Shown: one piece after another, positions 10,775-20,950 of the stretch
How the letters are laid out: the number at the start of each line of letters is the position of its first letter
Numbering within the stretch: position 1 is the first letter of the stretch
NCBI GenBank assembly: GCA_963726745.1
Contig: CAVSDR010000006.1
Location: 416,001-480,000 of the forward strand
Reading direction: 5' to 3'
Origin: an uncultured Verrucomicrobiae bacterium
GTDB lineage: Bacteria; Verrucomicrobiota; Verrucomicrobiia; Chthoniobacterales; UBA10450
Length of the DNA stretch: 64,000 bases
Position numbers and translations under genes: made by a program
The notes under the pieces: generated by a model
Databases searched by the model: none
What the model saw: only the letters and a program-made list of their open reading frames with translations
What the model was told of the DNA's origin: nothing

Positions 10775-12319
10775 ATGACTGAAAAACTGCCGCAACTCAT
10801 TCTATTCCTGGCGACCGCCATCGGCTTGCTCTTTGCCGTCATCCTGGGCAACGCGATCGGTTCAGCTGAGAGCTTCTTCCTTCTGATGATCGCCGCCGGG
10901 GCAGCTGGACTCGCCTGGCTCGTTCTGGCCGGGAAATACTGGTGGCTCCCGATGGCTTTCGGTTTGGGCATTGGCGGTTTCTTCACTCTCCCCTTTAAGC
11001 TCTATCCACATGAGATCGCGCTGGCTGCCTGCGTGGCCGCACTGGTGCCGCAGATGGTTTTGCGGCGGACAGGACTTTCTGACTCCCGGCCGCAGTTGCC
11101 GTACGTCTTCTATATTCTGGCGCTTTATCTCGCGGTTCACTTCTGCATGTCGATGGTCGTCAATGATGGAGACGGATGGGGTAACGTTTCCCGGGCCTAC
11201 ATGAACATGCTCTGGCCCTTCGTCTTCGGTTACTACTTCTGGCGCCACGGATCGACCAAGGTTTTGCAGGCGGCCCTCAAGGTAATTTACGGCGCGGCTC
11301 TGGCCCGGATGGCGTTCGGCTTGGTCAATTACTACGCCGGCTACACCTACACGATTCCACTTATCAACTACTCGATTGACCCACAGGATCTTCGAGCCTC
11401 TGGAAGTATCGTCTTGGTGCTGGCGTTCATCTTCACCGCCATGCGCGGCAATATGGTCCTGCGTGCCTTGAATGGAGCGATCACGCTTTTCGCCGTGTGG
11501 GTCATCCTCTTGGGAGGATCCCGCACCGGGGCGGCGACTCTGCTGATGCTCCCTCTGTTTGCTTTTGCCATCCGTCGGAAATGGCTGGGGCTGGTTGCCA
11601 CGGTGGCGTGTTCCGGAATTCTCATCCTGGCATTAAACGAATACCCCAAGGTCATCGAAGCGCTGCCGAAACGTGCCACCCGTGCCATGAGCGTTTTTCT
11701 GTTGAAGGAGCGTCTCGATATCCAAGAGGAAACTAGAGACAGCAATATGTGGCATCGCGTAGCGCTTCCTGAGGAAGCGCAGAAGCGGTGGTCGGAGTCG
11801 ATTAGGACCAGGGCGTTTGGCACGGGAATCAAGCCCTATCGAGGTTTGACTCCTGGCATATGGTTTGGTCCTGAAACCCTTTTTCTTTGGGCAAAAGTTT
11901 CCGGAGACATGGGTGCGTATGAAAGCGCTTTCTGGACGGTCCTTGCTGTCCTCGGGGTCACCGGATTGGCGCTTTACGCCTGGCTGCTGGGCTGGCTCTT
12001 GCGGCGTCTAGGAATTGCACTCTTAGCTCGCAGGGAAAAGGACATCACTTGGGGCGTCTTGTTCTGGGCCTGCTTATCCATTGTCCAATGGGCTGTTTTT
12101 GCCATCCCCGGTGGCAGCTACCCTTCGTGGGAAGTTTTCCTGGGTCTTATCGCCCTTGCCAGGATCACTGACGACGGGTGGACGCTCCCGGCGGCGCGTC
12201 CTCGGCAGTTGGCGGTCAGGCGGCACCATGAATCGGAGATGCCTGAGCCCGCGCTTACGTTAGCCGGCCGCCAATTTCCGGTAGCTGGCAACCGTCGCCT
12301 CGGCACAGGCGCTCCATGA
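10775..12319 (+). CDS. O-antigen polymerase/ligase-like membrane protein (Wzy/WaaL fold)
   Basis: Many TM segments, GGSRTG motif, large loop followed by FGTG. Confidence 0.7.
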   Translation: MTEKLPQLILFLATAIGLLFAVILGNAIGSAESFFLLMIAAGAAGLAWLVLAGKYWWLPMAFGLGIGGFFTLPFKLYPHEIALAACVAALVPQMVLRRTGLSDSRPQLPYVFYILALYLAVHFCMSMVVNDGDGWGNVSRAYMNMLWPFVFGYYFWRHGSTKVLQAALKVIYGAALARMAFGLVNYYAGYTYTIPLINYSIDPQDLRASGSIVLVLAFIFTAMRGNMVLRALNGAITLFAVWVILLGGSRTGAATLLMLPLFAFAIRRKWLGLVATVACSGILILALNEYPKVIEALPKRATRAMSVFLLKERLDIQEETRDSNMWHRVALPEEAQKRWSESIRTRAFGTGIKPYRGLTPGIWFGPETLFLWAKVSGDMGAYESAFWTVLAVLGVTGLALYAWLLGWLLRRLGIALLARREKDITWGVLFWACLSIVQWAVFAIPGGSYPSWEVFLGLIALARITDDGWTLPAARPRQLAVRRHHESEMPEPALTLAGRQFPVAGNRRLGTGAP

Positions 12320-13351
12320 GTAACGCTGTGCCAGCCGTTCAGCCTGCTGCGTAATTGTTCCGGCATCGAGGCCCAACACCTCGGAGAGCGCCGCGTGGAA
12401 GCTCTCCAAGCTTTCCAACTGAAAGCTCCCCGGAGTCTGTGGCCCCAAGATCTCGGCTACTGCAGTCTCCGCGACAAAAACGACGGGAGTGCCCAAGGCA
12501 TAGGCCTCCACCGCCGGCAGGCCGAAGCCTTCGATTTCGGAAGGAAGAACCACAGCGCGCGCCCGGGCGATCGCTGTCTCTAACTCAGGCCGCGGGAGTC
12601 GCCCGCACAACTCGAATCTCGGATTCGCTTGGGCTGTGCGCGCATCCGCTGGCCGGAGATTCCCCACCAGCTTCAGCTTGGGCAGGTTTACCTCATGGCT
12701 GCTAAGCTTGCGCCAAAAATCGAGGAGAGTCCCGGTGCGTTTGTGCGGCTCCCGTGAAGCCAGGTGGAGGACGTAATCTTCTTTCTCGGCCGCGGTTCCT
12801 GGCGGCCGCGTAACGTGGAAGCCCTCATAGGTGACTTCCATCGGCGGACAGCGGAGACGATGACGCTCGCAGAATTTGCGAATCGCTTGAGCTGAGAACT
12901 GTGAGATCGTCAGGATGGAGTCGAATCGCGCGATCGATCGCTTTAGGACGCCGAGCCAATAGGTGTAAGCCAGCGCCGGCCGCTCTCCCGGATAATGATC
13001 CGCGTAATGCTGCAGGATGACATCGTGCACCGTGCCGATACAAGGCGCTGCAAAACGTCGCACGACTGGCAAGTGACCTTTGGGATAATGCCAGACGTCT
13101 GCCTGAAGGTGGCTGACCGCTGGGTGAAAATTATCCGACAAGATACGCCCGATTGCGCCAGCGGTGGAGAAAGGGAGGGTCTGTCTCTGCGCAAGACTGG
13201 TAGGCGCGAAAGAGCCTTTCGAAACCAGTCCCGCTAGTTCGATTTCCCGATGCCTTTGCAAAGCTCGAAGCAGGCCATCAGTGTAGCCGGTCACGCCTAG
13301 CGTCCGGTCGCGCTGCGGATTTTGGTCCGCTAGGTAAAAGCCAACCCTCAT
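12260..13351 (-). CDS. GT4 glycosyltransferase
   Basis: TVHD, PSEIEGFGLPAVEAYALG. Confidence 0.9.
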   Translation of the reverse strand: MRVGFYLADQNPQRDRTLGVTGYTDGLLRALQRHREIELAGLVSKGSFAPTSLAQRQTLPFSTAGAIGRILSDNFHPAVSHLQADVWHYPKGHLPVVRRFAAPCIGTVHDVILQHYADHYPGERPALAYTYWLGVLKRSIARFDSILTISQFSAQAIRKFCERHRLRCPPMEVTYEGFHVTRPPGTAAEKEDYVLHLASREPHKRTGTLLDFWRKLSSHEVNLPKLKLVGNLRPADARTAQANPRFELCGRLPRPELETAIARARAVVLPSEIEGFGLPAVEAYALGTPVVFVAETAVAEILGPQTPGSFQLESLESFHAALSEVLGLDAGTITQQAERLAQRYSWSACAEATVASYRKLAAG

Positions 13352-14430
13352 TCTGAGACTTTGCGATAGGCCGCCAGGGTCTCACGCGCACATCGGTCCC
13401 AGCTGAATTCCAATTCCCGTTGCAGCCCCGCGGCCCGGAGCACCTTCAGCCGGTCACTGTCTTGCACAATGCGATCGAGTTGGTCGCGCATATGGAAGAT
13501 GTCCGTCGGATCGAAAAACGCCGCGGCTTCGCCGGCAACTTCGCGGAAGATCCCGGTATCCGAGCAGATGACCGGGCAACCTGCCCCCATCGCCTCCACA
13601 ACTGTCAGCCCGAAACCTTCATAGAGTGAAGGGGCCACAAAGGCCGTGGCCTGCTGGTAATATCCAAGAAGTGATTCATCGCCCCCTGAGCGGCGATGCA
13701 CTTGCTCCCGCACCCCCAGGCGCTGGATGGCTTCGTCTTCCTCCGTATCCCAAGGCCCGCCTCCAAAACAAATTAACTGGACACCATCTGCCGCCAGTTG
13801 CGACTCAGCGTAAGCGCTCAGGAAAGGCAGGAAGTTCTTGTGCCAACGTCTATTTCCCACGTAGAGCAAAAACTTACGCTTAGAATCCGCGCCGATCTCC
13901 GACGGCGAGACGCCTTTCAGAGCGTTTCCCAACGAAGTAACAGAAATCTTATCGGGATTGATGGAAAGGAGTCGAACCAAGTCTTCCTTTGTTTGATGCG
14001 AAATCGCGCAAATATGCTGCGCGCGTTGGCAGCATTCGGCCTTGTTTACGTGCGTCGCGCGGACCGTGCCGCTTGTCGCCAAAAGCTCGGGAAAGAGCTC
14101 GTGGATCATATCGTAGACCGAAATTACCAATGGCTTGCGCCTGGAATAGCGATGACCGGAGTAGTAAGTCTGATGAACAATCGCCGCTTCCGAGCAAGCG
14201 ATGTAGGATTGTGCTGCAATCGTATTAACCGCCGCCCTCGCGAGGCGTGGAAACCGCGGCGTATACCTCCCGACCACCGAACGATCGCGAATATACTCAT
14301 TGATGTATAATCCTGCAAAAATGACCGTCTCACATCCGAGTGTCGGTAAGCGGGATGCGAGTTCGGAGAAAACTCGGCTGATCCCACCAGCCGGTTGGTT
14401 GAAGGCTTCTGGCGTAAAGACTACCTTCAT
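13348..14430 (-). CDS. GT4 glycosyltransferase
   Basis: HQTYY, YDMIHE, KNF, PSLYEGFGLTVVEAMGAG. Confidence 0.92.
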   Translation of the reverse strand: MKVVFTPEAFNQPAGGISRVFSELASRLPTLGCETVIFAGLYINEYIRDRSVVGRYTPRFPRLARAAVNTIAAQSYIACSEAAIVHQTYYSGHRYSRRKPLVISVYDMIHELFPELLATSGTVRATHVNKAECCQRAQHICAISHQTKEDLVRLLSINPDKISVTSLGNALKGVSPSEIGADSKRKFLLYVGNRRWHKNFLPFLSAYAESQLAADGVQLICFGGGPWDTEEDEAIQRLGVREQVHRRSGGDESLLGYYQQATAFVAPSLYEGFGLTVVEAMGAGCPVICSDTGIFREVAGEAAAFFDPTDIFHMRDQLDRIVQDSDRLKVLRAAGLQRELEFSWDRCARETLAAYRKVSE

Positions 14431-15230
14431 GCCGAGCTCTCCTTGCAGTCGGCTGCGAGCGCCTTGACGGCTTTATCATAGTCGGGCCAAAGCAAGGATT
14501 CCCTGCGATAGAGAACGTCGATTAACCGCTTGGACACTCGGTGCAGGGCTACATTCCATCTAAGTGCCGAAGCCTTCTTTTTCGTTAATAGATGCAGGTA
14601 ACTCCCATAGGATAAGACGTGAAGTCCAAAGCGCTGGGCGATTCGCTCGAGCGAGTTACGACTGTAAAAAGCCACATGTTGCCCATGGTCCAGCCCATAA
14701 TAGAACCACTCGTCGATCGACGGCGGCGGTTCAGGAACAAGCTCCGTCGAAAAAAGGATGGAATCTGACAGAGTCAGCATCTCACTGATTGTTCCGATTG
14801 GGTCAACGAGATGTTCGAAAACCTCGAAAGCAGTGAGCAGTTCGAATCGGTCATTGGAGGTAGGATCGACCCGGTGTTCCGCGGCAAATAGGTTCTCGCA
14901 GTAGAGGTCATGCCACCAAAAGTCATAACCGGCGTCTCGCATGAGACGAACAAACATGCCGTAGCCCGCGCCGAAATCGATAAAGCGACCGTCGCTCTCG
15001 AAGAGCATCGTGATTACTCCTTTGACCATTTTGGAATAAACGACATTCCTATTCACATAGCCGACGTCTGTCCGATTGATCGCAGAGGAGTAGGATTCAC
15101 TCAGCCAGTAAGGGTCCTCTGTCTGCATAAAGCCGCAGGAAGGACACCGAAGAAACGTGACATCGTATCTCTTCAAGATTCGCCCTCGCACATGCGACAA
15201 ACTTTCCACTCCGCAGATTTTGCAGTTCAT
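14427..15230 (-). CDS. Class I SAM-dependent methyltransferase with N-terminal zinc-ribbon-like Cys pairs
   Basis: CKIC/CPSC, DFGAGYG, FEVFEHL, GQHVAFY. Confidence 0.88.
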   Translation of the reverse strand: MNCKICGVESLSHVRGRILKRYDVTFLRCPSCGFMQTEDPYWLSESYSSAINRTDVGYVNRNVVYSKMVKGVITMLFESDGRFIDFGAGYGMFVRLMRDAGYDFWWHDLYCENLFAAEHRVDPTSNDRFELLTAFEVFEHLVDPIGTISEMLTLSDSILFSTELVPEPPPSIDEWFYYGLDHGQHVAFYSRNSLERIAQRFGLHVLSYGSYLHLLTKKKASALRWNVALHRVSKRLIDVLYRRESLLWPDYDKAVKALAADCKESSA

Positions 15231-16210
15231 CAATTGCTTTCGAGACGCTCGGCGATCAGTTGGTCCACCTTTTGCACAAAGTGCTTAATCTGATGATTTC
15301 GTTCCACGGACTCAGAGTTTCTCGAGATCAAAGCTTCATGCGGCGAAGGATTAGCTGTAGCCTTTCTTAACTGCCCGACTGGATCAGCCCAGTCGACCTC
15401 GACCACCGGGTTGTAGCCAAACATCGCCTGCCCGTCCGCAGGACAACTTCCGAGGACGAGGCAGCCGGCGGCCATGGATTCCAGATACCGCAAGGTAATG
15501 GTGGAGATGCTCCCGGCATCGTCGGGATGTGTCAGTGCCCTTGGAAAGCAGATTGAAACACGGGCGTTCCCCAAGGCTTCTTTAAACTCTGCTGTGGTAG
15601 CAAAGCGCGCGTGGACATAACGTATACCCAGGTGTTCGCAGCCGGACGCCACAGCCTCGTGATACCGGGCATAGGTTCGACCAAATGCGAGCACATCGAT
15701 CGTGCGCTCGGCCCAGGGTCGCTGTGGGAAATCAGTGGTCTCGATTGCTTCCGGCACCCAGTGAACCGCGCATCGAGCAGGCATTTGAGCCTGCAACTGT
15801 TCTGCTCCCTGCTGGCTAGAGACCAACAGCAAATCGATTCGCGCCTCCCTCACGATGCGCAACAAGCTGTCAACATGTCCCGGCCAGACGTCGTAGGTCC
15901 AGAGGACGCGCAAGGTGGAATCGAAGCCGAAGAACGGGAAAGTTTTCCCGAAAAAGTAGTGCCGATAAGGAAGTCCGAGACTTAGGAAGACACAATCAAC
16001 CCGGCGGCGGCGCAGGAGTGGCCGGAGGGCCGTCTGTAGGATGGTATAAATTCTTGTCGATATCTTCGTGGGAGGAAAAAGCAGCGGTCCCTCGCGGCCT
16101 TTCCAGTTGCTCGAACGGAGGCAAGCTTGTTCCAGTGATTGAAGGAGGAGAATGTCCGGCCGATCATCGCGGAAACGCGAGGTCACAAGGATTCGGACTG
16201 GGCTAGGCAT
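15230..16210 (-). CDS. Glycosyltransferase (Glyco_trans_1_2/CgeB-like C-terminal domain)
   Basis: IDVLAFGR, ITLRYLESMAAGCLVLG. Confidence 0.7.
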   Translation of the reverse strand: MPSPVRILVTSRFRDDRPDILLLQSLEQACLRSSNWKGREGPLLFPPTKISTRIYTILQTALRPLLRRRRVDCVFLSLGLPYRHYFFGKTFPFFGFDSTLRVLWTYDVWPGHVDSLLRIVREARIDLLLVSSQQGAEQLQAQMPARCAVHWVPEAIETTDFPQRPWAERTIDVLAFGRTYARYHEAVASGCEHLGIRYVHARFATTAEFKEALGNARVSICFPRALTHPDDAGSISTITLRYLESMAAGCLVLGSCPADGQAMFGYNPVVEVDWADPVGQLRKATANPSPHEALISRNSESVERNHQIKHFVQKVDQLIAERLESN

Positions 16211-16330
16211 GCGGCGTCATTCTAATTGCCTCTCGAGAGAAAAAGATCAAATTCTGCCGGAGCCGTTCTCCAGGCATGGCCCCCCGCCATGGCCCAGGTT
16301 TGCCGTGGGCGATGGACGGTGGAGCCAAAC

Positions 16331-17074
16331 ATGTCGCGCGTCCTGAACCTTCTGCTTACGCACCAAGCACCCTCCGCGGTCGAGCGGATGGTCCGGCATT
16401 GGGAGAAGTATGTGGCGCCGGAGAGCATCCTGCTCGCCTACGGCGGAACAGCCGACAACTTCACCAAGCTCGCGCATCGGCGGAAGTTCTACGTCGAGGA
16501 TCCGCGTTTGCGAACACGGGATCATCAACGGGAGTTTCAGAGCTACAGCGGGATCTTCCACCAGGCGGCGACGGCTTTGCTGGATGAGCGGCACGCATTC
16601 GATTTCGTCCATTTCGCTGAGTACGATCACCTGCCCTTGGTGGCCGATTTGAACGCGCGACAGATTCGTTTCCTGGAGGAGGAGCGCGCCGATCTGCTGG
16701 GCTATCACGTGCAGCGGATCGATGGGACGAGCCATCCCCACTATCTCTACCATCTGGCCAACCCTGATTTCCTGCCGCATTGGGCAGCGAATACTCGCCG
16801 GGAGGAGCCGGAGGTGATTCTATCGATGTTCGGCAGCGGGAGCTTTTGGACGCGCGATGCTTTCTGCGAAATTGCCCACTGCCAAGAGCCGTTCCCGATC
16901 TACATGGAAGTTTATCTCCCCACCGTGGCGCATCATCTCGGCTTCCGAGTGCGCGACTTCGGCGCGCAAAACAAATTTGTCACCGCCCTCGGCGAACGGA
17001 GCGCACAGCAGGAAGAGGCACGCGCTGCCGGCGCCTGGACCCTGCATCCGGTAAAAAAGCTTTGGACAGCGTGA
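16331..17074 (+). CDS. Hypothetical protein, possibly GT-A glycosyltransferase-like
   Basis: VHFAEYD (DxD-like), C-terminal HPVK; codon usage like core genes; start uncertain. Confidence 0.6.
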   Translation: MSRVLNLLLTHQAPSAVERMVRHWEKYVAPESILLAYGGTADNFTKLAHRRKFYVEDPRLRTRDHQREFQSYSGIFHQAATALLDERHAFDFVHFAEYDHLPLVADLNARQIRFLEEERADLLGYHVQRIDGTSHPHYLYHLANPDFLPHWAANTRREEPEVILSMFGSGSFWTRDAFCEIAHCQEPFPIYMEVYLPTVAHHLGFRVRDFGAQNKFVTALGERSAQQEEARAAGAWTLHPVKKLWTA

Positions 17075-17343
17075 TGCGAAAACATTTCCGAGCTGTCATT
17101 CTGGCGATTGCGCGTGCGGTGGGCACGCCGATCTCGGATTGCCGCACCGGGAAATTTCTCGGTCGCGCGTTGCTCCTGCCGTGGCGCGGGATGGTGCACG
17201 TGATCGGGCTTGAGACGGCGGTCCGGCCGGTTTTTCAACCACAGGAGAGGCTGACCTACTGGAAGCAGAAGCTCGCCTTTACCGTGCACGAGGCGCCGGA
17301 TTTCCCAAACGTTCGCCGCAGCGAGCCTGCGAGCGATCAGTGA
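17074..17343 (+). CDS. Small hypothetical protein
   Basis: MRKHFRAV..., start and stop overlap both neighbours. Confidence 0.55.
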   Translation: MRKHFRAVILAIARAVGTPISDCRTGKFLGRALLLPWRGMVHVIGLETAVRPVFQPQERLTYWKQKLAFTVHEAPDFPNVRRSEPASDQ

Positions 17344-18474
17344 TGCATCTGCGTCGCGGACGGCGTTGGGGTGTTCTTGCGTTTGCCTGGATGATCGCGG
17401 GCCCCGCGAGCGCGACGGAGATTTGGATCACCGCTCAGCGATGGGGCAACCAGGGAAAAGTTCGACCAGGCCATGGCCCGCGCGCCCGCGGGCGCAGTGA
17501 TTCACCTGGGCGCCGGCACTTTCGAGACGCGCGGCGTGAAGCTCAAGGAAGGCTGGCGGCTACTCGGCGCGGGGAAAGACCGCACCAAGATCCGGCTGGA
17601 AAAAGATGCCCTCACTGTCGCGGGAACCTCGGCCGCGGTCGTGGCTAATTTCGATGCCGCCGGCTTCTTCGACCACGTCGAAGTCGCGGACCTGACGATC
17701 GACTGCAACCGCGAGGAGCAGCCGGTTTTCGTCCGCGGAGAAAAGGGCGATCTGACCGCTTTGACCACGGCCTGCCGAAATGCCCGCATCCGCCGGGTTC
17801 GCGTCCTTGGGACTTGGTCGAATCCGGGTGAAGGCTTTCCCTTAAGCGTCATCTCGGCCGGCTCGAGCGACGGCTCGAACCGGGTGGAGATCGACGAGTG
17901 CGAGAGCATCTCCCCGCGCGGTTCACAGACGGCAATCTCTGCGTTCGACCAGAGTGGAAGCGGCCGGCTGAGCGGCTTCATCCGCAATTGTCGGGTGGTC
18001 GACGGCCCGGAAGCGGTTGGCTTCGGCGCCGGCGGCTGGAAGAATTTTCGCGTGAGCGGCAACACCACTATCGGCTTGGCCGCCGGCATCGTGATTGACA
18101 CGCACGACTACGAGAACGTGCTGATCGAAAACAACCGCTTCTACGAAACCCGGCGCTGGGGCTTGATGTGCAACGGTTCCGGCATCTACCGCGGCCTGGT
18201 CATCCGCGGAAACCGCTTTGAGATGCTGCCGACCGCGGAGTGGTGCCTGGCCACGAGCAAAGCAAAGGCGGAAGTCCAGATCGAAGGAAACACGTTCATC
18301 CAGGGCAGCACCTATCGGCCGGTCTTTTGGATCGGCCGGCACACCCGGGGAGTGATCCGCGGCAACGTCATCGACGGCCTGCGGCTAAATGAGTCGACGC
18401 TGCCGGTCGCGCTCCGCTTCGTGGACAATGTCGACCTGCGCCAGCGACCCGTGCGGGCGCGGCGGAAGAAATAG
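17343..18474 (+). CDS. Secreted right-handed beta-helix (pectate-lyase-like) protein (frameshift near 17455)
   Basis: Signal peptide ending ASA, AVIHLGAGTF, repeated IxxNxF/IRGNVI beta-helix rungs. Confidence 0.7.
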
Positions 18475-18492
18475 CCGGCGAGATCGCAGCCG

Positions 18493-19185
18493 CTAAAGCA
18501 GCGCCGCGCCGTTCGGCCGCTGGAGATCGGGGACGAGCTGGCGGATGAAGTCCTCCAGGATCGCGGCCGTCTCTTCCTCGCTCCGCTGCGGGGTGGTCCA
18601 GCCATTGGTCACGATCGCGGCGATGGTCACGTAGGCCCAGCGCTGGTTGTAGCCGTAGAGAATGCGGTCGCGCAGGTCGATGCGGGTGCGGGTCAGGTGC
18701 GAGGGGGTCATGTCGTCATAGCCGACGAACCAGTAGTAGCTCAAGTTTTCGAGCGTGCCCCGGGTGCCATCCTGCCGTTCCATCGAACGGCCGCTGCGAA
18801 GCTTGGTCGCAGTGATCGTCTTGTTTCCGGCCAGGGATATTTTGCGAACCTCGCTCGCCTGCAGGCCCCAGCCCTGCGCCGGGAGGCAGCGCTCGGGGCG
18901 GTGGATGCTGTTGGTCATGTCGTCGCCCGACAGGACGATGGAGACGTAGACGCTGTCGCCGGCGAGGTTGGTGTAAATTTTGCGCGCGAATTGCGTGTCC
19001 TTTGCCAGCACTTCCTTCTCGCGCTCGGTCACCTCGGTGTCGCGGCCGATCCAGTCGCCCACATAATTAGGCAGCGACATGGCAATGCCGGCCGGGCTGC
19101 TTCTGCCCGATTTCGGCAGGAGGAAAACCGACCCGAAGCCAACCAGCAGGATGACCACAACGGTCGTGAGGCGCCTAGTAATCAT
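18493..19185 (-). CDS. epsI: Exosortase-associated EpsI family protein
   Basis: SIHRPERCLPAQGW, YYWF; directly downstream of exosortase. Confidence 0.85.
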   Translation of the reverse strand: MITRRLTTVVVILLVGFGSVFLLPKSGRSSPAGIAMSLPNYVGDWIGRDTEVTEREKEVLAKDTQFARKIYTNLAGDSVYVSIVLSGDDMTNSIHRPERCLPAQGWGLQASEVRKISLAGNKTITATKLRSGRSMERQDGTRGTLENLSYYWFVGYDDMTPSHLTRTRIDLRDRILYGYNQRWAYVTIAAIVTNGWTTPQRSEEETAAILEDFIRQLVPDLQRPNGAALL

Positions 19186-20131
19186 ATTGCACCTTCTCCT
19201 TTTCGGTGGCGCGCGCGACCGAAGCGCGGACCGCGCGCGGCTGGAGATTGATTAATTTCCCGAAGAGGAGCATCGCGCCGATCGCGAAGGGGAAGGAAAG
19301 ATAGCCGGAGACGTTGTGATATGGGCCGCCGGCGATGTCCTGCCCGAAGAGTTTCGCGACTACGAAAATGGAAACCAGGCGCCCGGCATTGCCGATGATC
19401 GCGAAGAAGAGCGCGGCGCAGAAAAGAGCCAGCTTCTTCCAGATCCGATCCTGCGTGAGGTGGCCATAAATAGCCGACAACATCGCGATGGCCATGAGCG
19501 AGCGGATGCCGCTGCAGCCTTCATCGACCTCGAACTGGAAGTTCGAGGCGTGGACCGCGGTGCCGACGGTGTAGAGATTCATCCCGAAAAAATTGCAGAC
19601 CGCGGCCGCGGTGTTGGTCTCGAGGAATTGCAGCCGCGCCGTCGCCTGCGTGAGGAAATTCAGCGGGACCATGAAAAGCAGGAAGGCGATCGGGAAAAGG
19701 AGGACCCGCGCAACGTGCCGGCCCCAGACGTAAAGGACGATGCCGTAGAGCAGGAACGGGATGGAGGTGAGCGCGAGCCGCGCCTGCAGAGTGCGCGCTC
19801 CGCCGACGAAGAGAAGCAGGCCGAACCCGATGAAGAGCCAGCCCCAGCGCGACGAACCGACCGGGGCCGCCTTGAGTTTGTCGCGCGCGTTCCAGACCAG
19901 GAAAGCGACGATCAACGGGATGAGCTTGGCGTGCTCGTAATTCGTTTCCGGGTTCCAGGCCTGCCAGGCCCAAACCCAGGTCGAGAGGTGGCCGTTGGTG
20001 AAGAGCGGCACGAAGCCGAAGAAGTAGACCAGGAGCGCCACGATCGCGGCCACCAGGGTAGCGGCGGCGGGGTTGCGCTGCATCCATTCGAGCAGCGAAG
20101 GCCCTCCGCTCGTCTTTGCTTGAGTCGTCAT
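19175..20131 (-). CDS. Exosortase (EpsH/Xrt family)
   Basis: YEHAKLIP, VDEGCSGIRSL catalytic Cys, GNAGRL, YH; about 8 TM segments. Confidence 0.92.
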   Translation of the reverse strand: MTTQAKTSGGPSLLEWMQRNPAAATLVAAIVALLVYFFGFVPLFTNGHLSTWVWAWQAWNPETNYEHAKLIPLIVAFLVWNARDKLKAAPVGSSRWGWLFIGFGLLLFVGGARTLQARLALTSIPFLLYGIVLYVWGRHVARVLLFPIAFLLFMVPLNFLTQATARLQFLETNTAAAVCNFFGMNLYTVGTAVHASNFQFEVDEGCSGIRSLMAIAMLSAIYGHLTQDRIWKKLALFCAALFFAIIGNAGRLVSIFVVAKLFGQDIAGGPYHNVSGYLSFPFAIGAMLLFGKLINLQPRAVRASVARATEKEKVQYDY

Positions 20132-20217
20132 GCGGACGGCAAGAGTAAAGCGATGGGCCAGCCAGTGCAATTGCGCAAAGCTCCGCGCCCTGCCACCTTC
20201 CGGCTTCGCCCCCCCCG

Positions 20218-20950
20218 ATGAGAAAGCTTGAGCTCCTAGGCACCCCGCTGGCGGCCACCAGCTATGCCGAATTTACCGCACACGCGCAGGAGCTCGCGAG
20301 GCAGGAGGGCCGCAGTTTTGCCGTCGACCTGACGAACACGCATATCGTCACCCTGCGCCGAGAGGATCCGCAATTCCGCGAACTCACCAGCCAGGTGGAT
20401 TACTTCGTGCCTGACAGCATGCCGCTGATCTGGTGTCTCAATGCGAAGGGCGCCGGGCTGCGCGACCGCGTCTACGGGCCGGCCTTCATGGATTATTGCA
20501 TCACCCACTCGCCCGCGCCCTGGACGCATTACCTGCTCGGCGGCTCGGCGGAATGCGTCGCGCGCTTGCAGGAGCGCTACGGAGCGAACGCGCAGATCGT
20601 GGGCGCGCACGACGGTTACTTCTCCGGCCGCGGAGGAGCCGGCGATCGTGGCGGAGATCAATCGCCTTGCGCCCGACTTCATCTGGATCGGGTTGGGCAC
20701 GCCGAAGCAGCAGGCTTGGATTCATCGGCACAAAGGCTCGATCGCGCGCGGGGTGCTTTTCGCGGTCGGCTTTGCCTTTGACGTAAATGCCGGGATGAAA
20801 CGCGATGCGCCGGCGGTGCTCCAGCGGCTCGGGCTGACCTGGGTCTTCCGCATTTGCTCAGAGCCGCGCCGGCTGCTCGGGCGCTATCTGCGTTACAACA
20901 GTCTCTTTCTCTTCTATCTCGCCAAGGATGCGCTTTTCTCCCGGAAGTAA
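20218..20950 (+). CDS. WecB/TagA/CpsF family glycosyltransferase (frameshift near 20626)
   Basis: PDSMPL, RVYGP, HDGYF, IWIGLGTPKQ, EPRRL. Confidence 0.88.
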
